Positions 40,200 to 50,052 of a stretch of 64,000 nt of DNA are shown here, piece by piece. The stretch comes from Candidatus Latescibacterota bacterium (lineage in GTDB: Bacteria; Latescibacterota; UBA2968): contig OZ244960.1 in NCBI GenBank assembly GCA_965222605.1, forward strand, positions 2,720,001 through 2,784,000. The letters run 5' to 3'. Position numbers and translations under genes: made by a program. The notes below the pieces were generated by a model. The model was not told the origin of the DNA and ran no database searches. It worked only from the letters and a program-made list of their open reading frames with translations. Positions within the stretch are counted from its first letter, which is position 1, and the number at the start of each line of letters is the position of its first letter.

Positions 40200-40907
40200 A
40201 TGGCCAAATACGAAACCATCTCCAAACATCTCATCCAAACCTATCCCAAAGACTTCATCCGACTCACACTTGAACAGGACGATGTAGAAGTCCTGGACAT
40301 ACTCGACACAGAGCAAATCAGGGTTGAAACACAACATACCGATAGCCTCATCCGCGCCCATATCGCGGGCAAGGAGGCATTGATACACTACAAATTTCAA
40401 ACCACTGACGATCCCTCTATGCCGCTCCGCATGATTGGCTATATCGGATCTGTGTTTGAGCATCACGACCTGCCGATTTATTCCAGCGTGATCTACTTGC
40501 GGCGCAATGCGGGTCAGCGCGACCCGGGACGCTACATCCAGGAATGGCCCGGCTATGGTGTTTTGGTAGAATACAGAGTGATTCGGCTCAGTGAGATAGA
40601 AGGACAGGACATTATTGATGGCGAGCCTTCGGGCTTGTTTCCATTTGCGCCGTTGATGAAACGTCCTGTTGGGATAGATTCAGAGACGTGGTTGCGTGCG
40701 TGTGTTGACGCGACGAATGCTCTGCCGGTGGATGAATCAATAAAGGTTGACTTTTTGGGCAGGTTGATGATATTGAGTGGGTTAGAGTATGATCCAACAC
40801 TAATCAATCGTATTCTATCACAGGAGGGTCTTATGGATGCCATTATGCGCGAATCGTCGTTTGCACAATACATTAAGCAAGAAGGCATTGAAGAAGGCAT
40901 TGAGTAA
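40200..40907 (+). CDS. Rpn-like/PD-(D/E)XK transposase-family protein, probably truncated
   Basis: TDSL..LIHYKFQT (E replaced by K), MPLRM..Y, VIYL; ends abruptly at EGIEEGIE. Confidence 0.75.
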   Translation: MAKYETISKHLIQTYPKDFIRLTLEQDDVEVLDILDTEQIRVETQHTDSLIRAHIAGKEALIHYKFQTTDDPSMPLRMIGYIGSVFEHHDLPIYSSVIYLRRNAGQRDPGRYIQEWPGYGVLVEYRVIRLSEIEGQDIIDGEPSGLFPFAPLMKRPVGIDSETWLRACVDATNALPVDESIKVDFLGRLMILSGLEYDPTLINRILSQEGLMDAIMRESSFAQYIKQEGIEEGIE

Positions 40908-40979
40908 GGGGTAGGCAACGCGCCATTGAAGATCTCCTTAAAAGACACTTATCCAACCAACCTGAAGAGAGATGCAGCC

Positions 40980-41279
40980 ATGAAGGCCAGGACACTTAAA
41001 GATGAAATTTCCGCGTACAACAAATTGTGCGAAGAGGGGCTTGAGCTTGACCACTTTGGTAAGTGGGTCATTATCTACGAAGGTGAACTCAATGGGGTCT
41101 TTGATACGGAGGATGAAGCGATACTCGAAGCTGTCAAAAAATTCAGAGACCGCGTTTTCTTGATTCTTCAAGTTGGGGCACCAGAAAGTCTATACAGAAG
41201 TGGATTACCCACAGTTTTGAGTACCGCTCCCACTATTAAATTTGAGAGCGCACAATGCCAACAAAATTTACCAAAGTAG
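40980..41279 (+). CDS. DUF5678-like small protein
   Basis: HFGKWVIIYEGE..GVFDT...FLILQVG. Confidence 0.6.
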   Translation: MKARTLKDEISAYNKLCEEGLELDHFGKWVIIYEGELNGVFDTEDEAILEAVKKFRDRVFLILQVGAPESLYRSGLPTVLSTAPTIKFESAQCQQNLPK

Positions 41280-41458
41280 GATTTGAGAATCCGGATGATC
41301 TAATCGCATCAGGCCCAACAATGATGGTTCTTGTTGGGCTTTCTTATGATACCTTCCCAGATCCGGATAAAGTTCTAATTGGTCGGGACTTCTTGAAGTC
41401 CTGCCGGATGTCTTATGATGGCACAACTGGGGATGTGGAAATAGAGGTTATGGGATAG
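41255..41458 (+). pseudogene. Internally deleted retropepsin-like aspartyl protease
   Basis: GP..V N-terminus and LIGRDFL..YDG C-terminus, but no DTG catalytic motif. Confidence 0.55.
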
Positions 41459-41543
41459 ATTGACAAAAAACGAATCTGTCCTATAATGAGGCTACCTTTT
41501 TACAGAACTTTTTGGACTTGACCATTTAGATTGGTTATGGACA

Positions 41544-42074
41544 TTGAGAGCGAATACTTCTAATGCGAATATTGTGACAATCAATGCAGATTATACTAAT
41601 GGCAGATTTTCAGATGAATTAACGTTTACGGTGAGAAATAATTGGAATAAATTGCTAACAAATGTGGAATTGTACGCTGTTCTGTTTAATCAAGAAAAGC
41701 AAATTATTCATATTGAATCAAATTCTCTTGGAGAGAATATTGTTCCAAATTCTGATGTGAATAAAAGTTTTTCTGTTTATGCTGATATTCCTACCCCAGA
41801 CTCGATAGCGACTCGCATACTTTATGATTTTGAAAATGGCGAACGAATCGGGGCGTCTGACTTGGACGGTTTCGATCCTGCATACATATTCCCGGACACT
41901 GTTTTTTCTCTCAATATGCCTGATTCGACAAGACAGATTATCACTAATCTAAAAAGTCGTATTCGTGTTTTGAAGTTTGGAGATTTGAACGAAGATGGTA
42001 CTGTTGATTTGGCAGACTTTTTATTGTTTTCTGATTTATTTTCAGAAAATTTTGGTACAAGTTCCAGTCAGTGA
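41544..42074 (+). CDS. Hypothetical protein with C-terminal dockerin-like EF-hand, possibly 5'-truncated
   Basis: GDLNEDGTVDLADFLLF; low GC. Confidence 0.6.
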   Translation: MRANTSNANIVTINADYTNGRFSDELTFTVRNNWNKLLTNVELYAVLFNQEKQIIHIESNSLGENIVPNSDVNKSFSVYADIPTPDSIATRILYDFENGERIGASDLDGFDPAYIFPDTVFSLNMPDSTRQIITNLKSRIRVLKFGDLNEDGTVDLADFLLFSDLFSENFGTSSSQ

Positions 42075-42175
42075 ACTATTTTTTAAATGATATTATGAAA
42101 GTATTACAAAAAAAAGGTGATGCAGATAAGTTCATTACGCAGCGTTGTAGAGCCTACACTGGTGGCCGTAATCCA

Positions 42176-43225
42176 GTGCAACGCCTGTCCGTCTATTCGT
42201 CTTATATATCCCTCATCGTATTCCTCACAATTTTTATCTCCAGCCCTATCTGCGCGCTCACGGGACACGTCATCAATCAGACCCTCAACCGTCCCGAACC
42301 CGATATTGAAGTCTCTTACATCCTCCATGAAACCGGGGACATCACCGTTGTGCGCGACACCACCGACAGCAAAGGCCAATTTATCCTCGACGTTCCCTCA
42401 GACCCGGGAGCCGACCCACCACCCATGCTATTCGCCCGATACAATGGCATTGACTATCCCGGCAACCCGGCCCCAGCGGGTGATACCGTTGACATTCCCG
42501 TATTTGAAACCACGGACTCCGATACCGCAATATCTCTATCTTCGCACCACATCCTCATCGACGCTCAGGCCGGCACAGTCGCGTACATCATCATCGTACA
42601 CAACCGCGGCGACCGCACCTACCTCACGGGCGGCGACCACGGCCACGGCCTGGAAATACCCCTGCCCGATGGCGTAACCGACATTGCCCGCGCACCACAA
42701 GGCGTACACCTGCACGGCTCTTTGCTCGTTGATCCGCGCCCCATCATCCCCGGCAATAGCCAGACCTTTTTCTCATTCGCACTGCCCCCGTCCAACCGCA
42801 TCGCGCAACGCATCACCTATCCCACCGCGAGCCTGGATTTGCTCGTCCAACCGACCGACACTCCCGTCTCCACAACAATACTTCGAGACCTCGGGGACGT
42901 GACATTGGGCAATAATGTCTTTCAGCGCTTTGGCGCCGAACAACTCGCACCCGGCACACAGATCGACATCAATCTCTCATCCGCCGAGATCGCGTCCAAT
43001 TTACAAACCCCAATATGGATCGCTGCTGCCAGTGCCATCGCAATCGCAATCCTCGTCATTTATATGCGCTCGCTCAAAACAACCCCCAATCGGCGCACAG
43101 TTCTACTCGAACAAATCGCCGACCTCGACGAGCGATATGAAAGCGGCAAACTCTCAGAAGACGATTACAAAAACAGGCGCAATGCCCTCAAAGCCGAAGT
43201 CATTGATCTATCAGGAGATCAGTAG
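42176..43225 (+). CDS. Ccm-associated periplasmic/membrane protein
   Basis: Signal peptide, TTDSKGQF beta domain, TM, IADLDERYESGKL tail. Confidence 0.7.
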   Translation: MQRLSVYSSYISLIVFLTIFISSPICALTGHVINQTLNRPEPDIEVSYILHETGDITVVRDTTDSKGQFILDVPSDPGADPPPMLFARYNGIDYPGNPAPAGDTVDIPVFETTDSDTAISLSSHHILIDAQAGTVAYIIIVHNRGDRTYLTGGDHGHGLEIPLPDGVTDIARAPQGVHLHGSLLVDPRPIIPGNSQTFFSFALPPSNRIAQRITYPTASLDLLVQPTDTPVSTTILRDLGDVTLGNNVFQRFGAEQLAPGTQIDINLSSAEIASNLQTPIWIAAASAIAIAILVIYMRSLKTTPNRRTVLLEQIADLDERYESGKLSEDDYKNRRNALKAEVIDLSGDQ

Positions 43226-43248
43226 TCAGCACACAGGTAGCCAATGAC

Positions 43249-43290
43249 AAAAACCTTCTGGATTGCGGCTAACACCATGCCGCAATGACG
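43249..43290. repeat. REP-like palindrome
   Basis: CTGGATTGCGGC..GCCGCAATGAC with a compensatory change. Confidence 0.8.
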
Positions 43291-43325
43291 TGGGCTGGGG
43301 GCTGATAGCTGAACGCTAATTGCTA

Positions 43326-44033
43326 ATGAACACGGCCATCATCATACAGAATATAACCCGCCGTTTTGGTCATATTACGGCTCTGCAAGACATAAACCTC
43401 ACGGTCCCAAAGGGATGTGTTTTTGCACTCTTTGGTCCAAACGGAGCGGGCAAAACAACCCTATTGCGCCTCATCGCCACACTGGCAAAACCGTCATCGG
43501 GCGATATCTGGGTCAGCGGTATAGACACCCGACGCAATCCGCATGAGATACGCAAAAACATCGGATTCATCTCGCATCAAACCTTGCTCTACGACGACCT
43601 CACAGCTCGAGAAAATCTCGCATTCTACGGACGCATGTACGGTCTCCAAAACCTCAATGCCCGCATCGCAGAAGTCCTCCTCGCCGTTGGCCTGAAAAAC
43701 CGCCAGCGCGATCGGATACACAAATTCTCCCGGGGCATGAAACAGCGATTGGCCATTGCCCGAGCCATCTTGCACCACCCATCGGTCCTCTTGCTCGACG
43801 AACCCTTCACCGGTCTCGATACATCGGCTCAATCGACATTATCCAACATAATCGTCAGCCTCAAAGCAGAAGGACGCACCATCTTCCTGGTCACACACGA
43901 CCTCGCACGGGGCCTCGCACTTGCAGACCGCTTTGGCATCCTCTTCCAGGGCCAATTAGTACACGAAGCATCGTCAAAAGACATCAGTGAAACCGAATTG
44001 CGAACACGCTACGAAAACAAAACCACCCTCTAA
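43326..44033 (+). CDS. ccmA: Heme ABC exporter ATPase CcmA
   Basis: GPNGAGKT, FSRGMKQR, LLDEPFTGLD. Confidence 0.9.
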   Translation: MNTAIIIQNITRRFGHITALQDINLTVPKGCVFALFGPNGAGKTTLLRLIATLAKPSSGDIWVSGIDTRRNPHEIRKNIGFISHQTLLYDDLTARENLAFYGRMYGLQNLNARIAEVLLAVGLKNRQRDRIHKFSRGMKQRLAIARAILHHPSVLLLDEPFTGLDTSAQSTLSNIIVSLKAEGRTIFLVTHDLARGLALADRFGILFQGQLVHEASSKDISETELRTRYENKTTL

Positions 44034-44035
44034 AA

Positions 44036-44707
44036 ATGCCTCTTTTCTTCTTACAAACCCTCGCCATTCTCCAAAAAGATCTCAAAACCGAATGGCGCAC
44101 CAAAGAACGCCTCAGCGCCATGGCCTTCTTCGCATTTCTGGTCGTCATCATCTTCAATTTTATATATGAACCCGGCTCGCCAATCATAAAAACCGTAGCC
44201 CCCGGCATCTTCTGGATCGCCACAGCGTTTGCGGGGCTGCTGGGCCTCAGCCGATCTTATGCCATCGAAAAACAAAACGACTGCCTGATGGGATTGCGCC
44301 TCACACCTGCGGATCCGGGCGCGATCTTCCTGGGAAAAATGCTGGGCAACACCCTCACCATGCTCATACTCGAAGCACTCATCTTGCCCATCCTCGTCAT
44401 CTTTCTCAACCTGCAAATCGCACAGGCACTCCCGCGTCTAATTCTGCCCATCTTGCTGGGCACCCTCGGTTTTGCGGCTATTGGCACCCTCTTCTCTGCA
44501 ATGTCGCTCAACACCCGATTGCGAGAAGCCTTCTTGCCCCTGCTCACACTGCCCATTTTCATTCCGGCACTTCTCGCAGCGATTGAATCCTTTCGCGCTG
44601 TTCTTGAAGGCGCAGAAATCACAGACTGGCTCGTACTCAGCGGTGCTTTTGTCGCGCTCTATATCGCTGCATGCCTGCTCTTATTTGAATATGTCCTGGA
44701 GGATTGA
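44036..44707 (+). CDS. ccmB: CcmB
   Basis: KDLKTEWR, LPLLTLP; context. Confidence 0.9.
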   Translation: MPLFFLQTLAILQKDLKTEWRTKERLSAMAFFAFLVVIIFNFIYEPGSPIIKTVAPGIFWIATAFAGLLGLSRSYAIEKQNDCLMGLRLTPADPGAIFLGKMLGNTLTMLILEALILPILVIFLNLQIAQALPRLILPILLGTLGFAAIGTLFSAMSLNTRLREAFLPLLTLPIFIPALLAAIESFRAVLEGAEITDWLVLSGAFVALYIAACLLLFEYVLED

Positions 44708-44709
44708 CG

Positions 44710-45393
44710 ATGCACCAAAAACCCTACATCCCTCCGTTTATCTTCGGTATCCTCGCCCTCATCTGCCTGGGCATTGCCCCCTATCTGGTATTCGTTTACG
44801 CCGGAATAGAAAAAGAAATGGGACTGGCACAAAAAATTTTCTACTACCACGTCCCATCTGCTTTCTCAATGTTCATGGGGTGCTTTCTCTGCTTTGTCTT
44901 TAGCGTCCTCTACCTCTGGAAACGCGACAAAAACTACGACTTATGGGCAGCCTGTTCAGCCGAAGTGAGTTTGCTCTTTGGCACCCTGGTCTTAATCACA
45001 GGTGCGATCTGGGCCAAACCCATCTGGGGCGCGTGGTGGGTCTGGGATGCACAACTCACCCTGACCCTCCTGCTCTGGCTCATTCTCGCAGCGTATCACA
45101 TGTTGCGCACCTACATCGAAGATGAGGTCCAAAGTGCGCGATTCCGCGCAGTCCTCGGCATTATCGGCTTCCTCAACGTACCCTTCATCCACTACGCCAC
45201 CAAACTGTGGCGCACGCACCATCCCGAAGTGGTTCGCGGCGAAGAAATCAGCCTGCCCCCCGACATGAAAGCGGCTTTCTTCTTCTGCGTCATCACCTTT
45301 TTCGCGCTCTTTTTCGCGTTGCTCTTCAAGCGCGTATCACTCGCAAAAGCACGGGACGAACTCGAATCGCTCAAAACCGAAATTCGGGATTAA
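44710..45393 (+). CDS. ccmC: CcmC
   Basis: YYHVP, WAKPIWGAWWVWD, WRTHHP. Confidence 0.92.
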   Translation: MHQKPYIPPFIFGILALICLGIAPYLVFVYAGIEKEMGLAQKIFYYHVPSAFSMFMGCFLCFVFSVLYLWKRDKNYDLWAACSAEVSLLFGTLVLITGAIWAKPIWGAWWVWDAQLTLTLLLWLILAAYHMLRTYIEDEVQSARFRAVLGIIGFLNVPFIHYATKLWRTHHPEVVRGEEISLPPDMKAAFFFCVITFFALFFALLFKRVSLAKARDELESLKTEIRD

Positions 45394-45418
45394 AAATAAC
45401 TTTTTTACGGAGGAACTT

Positions 45419-45568
45419 ATGCAACACCTCGAATACATGACCGCGGCGTACATCATAATATGGGTCGCCATCTTGCTCTATTTTTTGAACCTTTCCAAAC
45501 GCGAAAAAGCGATATGGGAAGAACTGCGCGAACTGCGCGCCACCATCACCAAAAACAACACCCCATAG
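45419..45568 (+). CDS. ccmD: CcmD (49 aa, not in ORF track)
   Basis: GGAGG RBS; MQHLEYMTAAYIIIWVAILLYFLNLSKREK. Confidence 0.85.
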   Translation: MQHLEYMTAAYIIIWVAILLYFLNLSKREKAIWEELRELRATITKNNTP

Positions 45569-45571
45569 CCC

Positions 45572-46372
45572 ATGGCCATCAAAAACGCGAAAAAAATCCT
45601 GAACCTGAAACGCCGCAAAAATCGTCAGGCAGAACAAAAATACCTCATAGAGGGCATTCGTCTCTGCGAAGAAGCACTCAAAAGCAGTGACACCCTCGAA
45701 CAACTCATCTTCTGCCGCGAAAGCATCGCCCGCAACGCACGCCTCGAAAATCTCTACCAGGCGACCCTTGCACAACGCATCCCCATCCAGCAAACCGACT
45801 GGCGCGCCTTCAAACACATGTCAGATACGGACACACCGCAGGGCGTCCTCGGCGTGGTATCGATGCCGACCTGGGACCGCAAAGCCGTCCTCAATACTCG
45901 TGGCCCATTCCTCATCCTCGACCGCATCTCTGACCCCGGCAACCTGGGCGTGATCATGCGCACAGCCGAAGCCGCCGGATGCAAAGGCATATTCCTCACC
46001 CGCGGATCAGTCGAACTCTACAACCCCAAAGTCGTACGCGCCACCATGGGCGCCATCTTTCGCATGCCCGTCTTTCCCCTCCAGGAGGGATGCGACCTGT
46101 TACACCAACTTCGCCAACTCAACATTCAGATCATCGCAGCACACACCAGCGGCATATCCTTCCACAATCTCCAAACCAAAACTCCCGTAGCCCTCCTCCT
46201 CGGCAACGAAGCTTTTGGCATCGATCCCGCCCTCCTCGCCCTAACCGATCACACCGTCACCATCCCCATGGCCGCCCCCGTCGAATCGCTCAACATCGCA
46301 GTCGCAAGCGGCATCCTGCTCTATCAAATTCACATCGGGACGGCACAGGGACCGTCCCCTACACCTGAATGA
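45572..46372 (+). CDS. TrmH/SpoU RNA methyltransferase
   Basis: DPGNLG..RT, GNEAFG, ESLNIA. Confidence 0.92.
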   Translation: MAIKNAKKILNLKRRKNRQAEQKYLIEGIRLCEEALKSSDTLEQLIFCRESIARNARLENLYQATLAQRIPIQQTDWRAFKHMSDTDTPQGVLGVVSMPTWDRKAVLNTRGPFLILDRISDPGNLGVIMRTAEAAGCKGIFLTRGSVELYNPKVVRATMGAIFRMPVFPLQEGCDLLHQLRQLNIQIIAAHTSGISFHNLQTKTPVALLLGNEAFGIDPALLALTDHTVTIPMAAPVESLNIAVASGILLYQIHIGTAQGPSPTPE

Positions 46373-46407
46373 TTAACCGTAGGGGCGGTGCCCCCGTGCC
46401 CGCCCGT
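46336..46407. repeat. Inverted pair of GTAG-type REPs (BIME-like)
   Basis: GGGACGGCACAGGGACCGTCCCCTAC and GTAGGGGCGGTGCCCCCGTGCCCGCCC. Confidence 0.75.
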
Positions 46408-46417
46408 CAGATGGCAT

Positions 46418-46454
46418 AAAAAAACCCACCCGCTATCTTCGCGAGTGGGTTTTT
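46418..46454. terminator. Bidirectional terminator
   Basis: AAAAAACCCACCCGC..GCGAGTGGGTTTTT. Confidence 0.75.
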
Positions 46455-46472
46455 GTCGTTCTCATCGTCCCA

Positions 46473-47510
46473 TCAATCAAATTCCGAAAGTTTGACCGTA
46501 CGCCCCTCCGATGCCGACAGATCCGCGGCAAAATTGACGCGGTGGGTTTCAAAAGCAATATCAAAATTAGTACGCGGCATCGGCTCATTGGCATTGATAC
46601 CATCTACAAAAGCCTGGAATTGCGGCTCATAAGGATGATCTGCCACATCCCCAGAGTCAATCAGCGACGTCTCGAGCGTACTCCACCTCTCTTTGCTCAT
46701 ACCGTGCAACTTGTGCGAATAGATGCGATTGTCCAGCAGACTACCTTCAGAACCCACGAGATGAATATGAAAATAATAGGGCTGCAAGCAATCGACACAC
46801 GAAGTGACCTTTGCCGCATTGCCATTGGCAAATTTGAGAATAGAAACCGTGGTGGTATCGTATTCATAAGGTTCAAAAATATCGGACCTCGATCTCGTAG
46901 CCAGACTGGTCACTTCCTCGACATCGCCATCCATAAAGAACAGACACGCATCCAGAGCATGACAGCCTGCGGTGAGCAAACTCGATCCGGCAAAATCTTT
47001 CTTCACATTCCATTCAAATTGACCATACCAGGGACCAATGCCGTGGTAGTAGTCAACCTCGCCATAGTGCAACTCGCCGAGCAACCCTTCGTTAATAATC
47101 GAGCGGATCATAGAAAAATGCGCGCTAAAGCGGCACTCAAAACAAACACAGGATTGCACACCGGCTGCTGCAATCGCATCGCGCACCCGTTTGAGATCTT
47201 CGTAAGACAGACAAATGGGTTTTTCGATAAGCAGGTGTTTGCCCGCCTCGGCAGCCGCAACCGCCTGATCGGCGTGAAATTTATGTGGCGTGCAAATATC
47301 GATGATATGAATATCGGGATCTGCGATCATATCATCGTAATTTTTATACGCCTTCAAAGGCGTGCCGAATTGCGCTGCAAGATCATCTTCGTTGTGGTCC
47401 CGACGAGAACATATCGCCGTGACATTTGCACCGCTGACCGCCTTAAAAGTATCAATATGCGCCCCAGCTACCCAGCCGAGTCCAACAATGCCGACATTGA
47501 GATCGCTCAT
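46473..47510 (-). CDS. Gfo/Idh/MocA oxidoreductase
   Basis: [21 protein letters not shown]. Confidence 0.92.
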   Translation of the reverse strand: MSDLNVGIVGLGWVAGAHIDTFKAVSGANVTAICSRRDHNEDDLAAQFGTPLKAYKNYDDMIADPDIHIIDICTPHKFHADQAVAAAEAGKHLLIEKPICLSYEDLKRVRDAIAAAGVQSCVCFECRFSAHFSMIRSIINEGLLGELHYGEVDYYHGIGPWYGQFEWNVKKDFAGSSLLTAGCHALDACLFFMDGDVEEVTSLATRSRSDIFEPYEYDTTTVSILKFANGNAAKVTSCVDCLQPYYFHIHLVGSEGSLLDNRIYSHKLHGMSKERWSTLETSLIDSGDVADHPYEPQFQAFVDGINANEPMPRTNFDIAFETHRVNFAADLSASEGRTVKLSEFD

Positions 47511-47543
47511 AAAAGCCTCCATTCTTTAACCAGCACCATAGTT

Positions 47544-47861
47544 TCAGGCGAGGGTTTTTTCATACAGTATTTTGCCTTCTTTAAGGACGGGATATAATAT
47601 TGTGCCCACTGTGTTTCCGAATCTTGCAACATCTTCGGGCGAGGCAACAATAATATCCTTTGGAACGTTGATGTCGTGAAGGGCTATGCCTATAGCGACG
47701 CGCTCCTTGCGTTTGGAGCCTTCGATTTTTTTAATTATTAAAAGATCAATATCGCTGTCCGGAACAGCGGTTCCCCGTGCGTGAGAACCAAAAAGAACGA
47801 TTTTTATGGGATTGAATTGTTCGATAATTCTGCGCGTCATTTCCCGAATGGCTGTTTCCAT
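47544..47861 (-). CDS. Minimal nucleotidyltransferase (MNT), orphan
   Basis: LFGSHARG..DSDIDL. Confidence 0.88.
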   Translation of the reverse strand: METAIREMTRRIIEQFNPIKIVLFGSHARGTAVPDSDIDLLIIKKIEGSKRKERVAIGIALHDINVPKDIIVASPEDVARFGNTVGTILYPVLKEGKILYEKTLA

Positions 47862-47876
47862 AATCGCATCCTTGCA

Positions 47877-48059
47877 TTAGGAGTTGGGAATGGATTTACC
47901 CAATTCGCTATAGGCTTGTATCATTTCGTTGAGTGCATCTTGTAATAGTTCTGTGCATTCCTGTATCGTCGCCCCTTCCGTCACCACTTCTGGCCAATCC
48001 AAAAGTTGCCCCATATAACCTGACGGAATTGGCGTGTAGCAAGCGTTGTATTCTATCAT
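47877..48059 (-). CDS. hicB: HicB-family antitoxin, orphan
   Basis: WPEVVTEGATIQEC..L.DAL. Confidence 0.8.
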   Translation of the reverse strand: MIEYNACYTPIPSGYMGQLLDWPEVVTEGATIQECTELLQDALNEMIQAYSELGKSIPNS

Positions 48060-48126
48060 TTTTATCGCCTGATTTGAGCCGGAGCTTTTCTTGCCCCGGC
48101 TCATTTATTTTCCCAGCAACTCCAAT

Positions 48127-48366
48127 TTAAGAAACGCGACTTTGAATATGCGGTTGAATTTCCTCATATTCCGGAAAGCGTTTCTCCTTGAGTTTGGAGA
48201 ACACCAGTTCGCCATCAACCGTAACCTCAAAGCGACCACCACCGGACGGAATCAGGGTAATAGCTTCGATATCCTGCTTAAACGCATTGACAATTTGATC
48301 CGTCATCCCGACGGATTGTTTTTCATAGCCTCATGATGCACAATATTCGATTTCTACTCGGGCCAT
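48127..48366 (-). CDS. SelW/SelT/Rdx-family selenoprotein (79 aa, UGA read as Sec)
   Basis: MARVEIEYCAS(TGA)GYEK...LIPSGGGRFEVTVDGELVFSK...RFPE; AAGGAGG RBS. Confidence 0.9.
48298..48316 (-). promoter_or_regulatory. Bacterial SECIS-like hairpin
   Basis: ATCCGTC-GGGAT-GACGGAT, 14 nt after the UGA. Confidence 0.7.
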
Positions 48367-48459
48367 GTGACGCCTCCTTTTGAAGAGAGTAAAAAAAGAG
48401 TGAACGACCTTGTTAAAGAGGCCATTGATTTTCGACATGAAATGCCTCCTTACAACTTC

Positions 48460-49218
48460 CTAACAAACAACCTGTCTAAAAAATACACCCGTGCGTTTCG
48501 GTAAAAAAGACGCGAGATCTTCGAGATCGAGATCCACACCGAGATCTCTTGCCGCATGGCGTATGTTGTGCCAGCAATCCGCACAGTCATCGCCAGCGAG
48601 CAACCCATCAACTTGCCTCGAAAATTCTCTCGCCTCTCCGCGATCCACAGGGAAAGGATAATCAGCCGTGCGGAAAAAGTCACCAACAAAATCATAGTGC
48701 CGCCGACGTTCTCGAGAAAAATCCGCATCTTTGCGATGAACAGAAAGCCATTCCGCCGCGCGAATGAGATGATAGCCAAAATAAGCCATCGCCGGATTGG
48801 AAATCCGCGCCTTGTTGTGTTTGGGACTCGCCACATGCACACTGCGAATAACAGGCCCGGGCCAATAAATATCTTTGCGATACCGCTCCGTGCGGCGGTC
48901 ATAGCCAAAACCATCGAGTACAAAACCACTCGTCGAGCGAATGGTCAGCGCCAAACGCTTTTCTGAAAACCGATCGGGCTGGCGCGTCAGAGCCTCACGG
49001 GTAAAATCGGGAATGCCAAACAGCGCACTATACGCATAACAAAACGCGACATACGCATGTGACACGGGCAACCAGAACACATCGCCGAGACGCCGGGACA
49101 GGGCATCGTATTTCTTATCCAAAAAAAACTGCCCATCGGACAGCGCGTCACCCACACAAACGGGTTCTGTTGGAAACGCATCGACAAGCACCTGGATAAC
49201 ATCGCGTTCATTTTTCAT
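48460..49218 (-). CDS. Hypothetical protein (weak MpaB/DUF2236-like resemblance)
   Basis: 252 aa; ATGA overlap with HEPN gene. Confidence 0.6.
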   Translation of the reverse strand: MKNERDVIQVLVDAFPTEPVCVGDALSDGQFFLDKKYDALSRRLGDVFWLPVSHAYVAFCYAYSALFGIPDFTREALTRQPDRFSEKRLALTIRSTSGFVLDGFGYDRRTERYRKDIYWPGPVIRSVHVASPKHNKARISNPAMAYFGYHLIRAAEWLSVHRKDADFSRERRRHYDFVGDFFRTADYPFPVDRGEAREFSRQVDGLLAGDDCADCWHNIRHAARDLGVDLDLEDLASFLPKRTGVFFRQVVC

Positions 49219-49649
49219 ACATCATTTTCCGATTGTAAACCCTCAGAGGATGTTTCAGTTGAGGCATTATTGAGAAGCTGCTCGACATGATCATAGAGCC
49301 TTTGTGCTTTTTCTGACGCATCAGAACGGTCTAAAGGGTCATCAGTCATTTCAGCGGCATCGTATCGAAAATTAACAGCATAAGCTGTATATTCAACCAG
49401 ATCCCAAAATGACTCGACATCACATCCATTCTCTTCGAGAATCGCAAGCAATCTTGCGAGATTGTGAATGAATGGGGACTCAACGCCAATAGCGATAATC
49501 CAGGCTTTTAGTGATTTCTCTATTGCCTGTTGAACATGAAAACCAAAAATTTCATCATCAAATACAGTCGCATCATCCATGCCTTTTAATGCACGCAAAT
49601 CTCTTTCCGCCATCGAAAGCATAGCACGCGCATCATCAATCCCGTTCAT
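49215..49649 (-). CDS. HEPN domain toxin
   Basis: FHVQQAIEKSLKA, HNL, YAVNFRY. Confidence 0.88.
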   Translation of the reverse strand: MNGIDDARAMLSMAERDLRALKGMDDATVFDDEIFGFHVQQAIEKSLKAWIIAIGVESPFIHNLARLLAILEENGCDVESFWDLVEYTAYAVNFRYDAAEMTDDPLDRSDASEKAQRLYDHVEQLLNNASTETSSEGLQSENDV

Positions 49650-49971
49650 AGAGTACTCTTCCTTCTTTTAAGGCATGGGCAATGACATGGCCGGATAATT
49701 TCCCCAGTCTTTCAACCTCATCAGGGGCATAGATCAAAAAATCTTGTGAAATAGGTGTATGGGCAAATCTTATCAAGAGCCTTGCCATCTGCTTTCGGCG
49801 AGCATTTTCACCTGTAAATGGCGGGTCTTGAACGAGCAAAAAATCGAGATCGGAATCTTCATGACCCTCGCCCCGTGCTTGCGAACCAAAAAGAATAATC
49901 TGCACGGGATCGACTTCATCCACAATGGCCTTGACCATTTCTGTAAGCATATCTTCCGTAGCGACTGCCAT
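49636..49971 (-). CDS. MNT antitoxin
   Basis: LFGSQARG..DSDLDF; overlaps HEPN gene. Confidence 0.88.
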   Translation of the reverse strand: MAVATEDMLTEMVKAIVDEVDPVQIILFGSQARGEGHEDSDLDFLLVQDPPFTGENARRKQMARLLIRFAHTPISQDFLIYAPDEVERLGKLSGHVIAHALKEGRVLYERD

Positions 49972-50052
49972 TCTGTCCTCACATTTACTTGTTCTGTTTT
50001 AGTTGAGCAACTTTAAGAATCCTTTGAACCCGTGTGGTAGCTGGTTTGCCGG

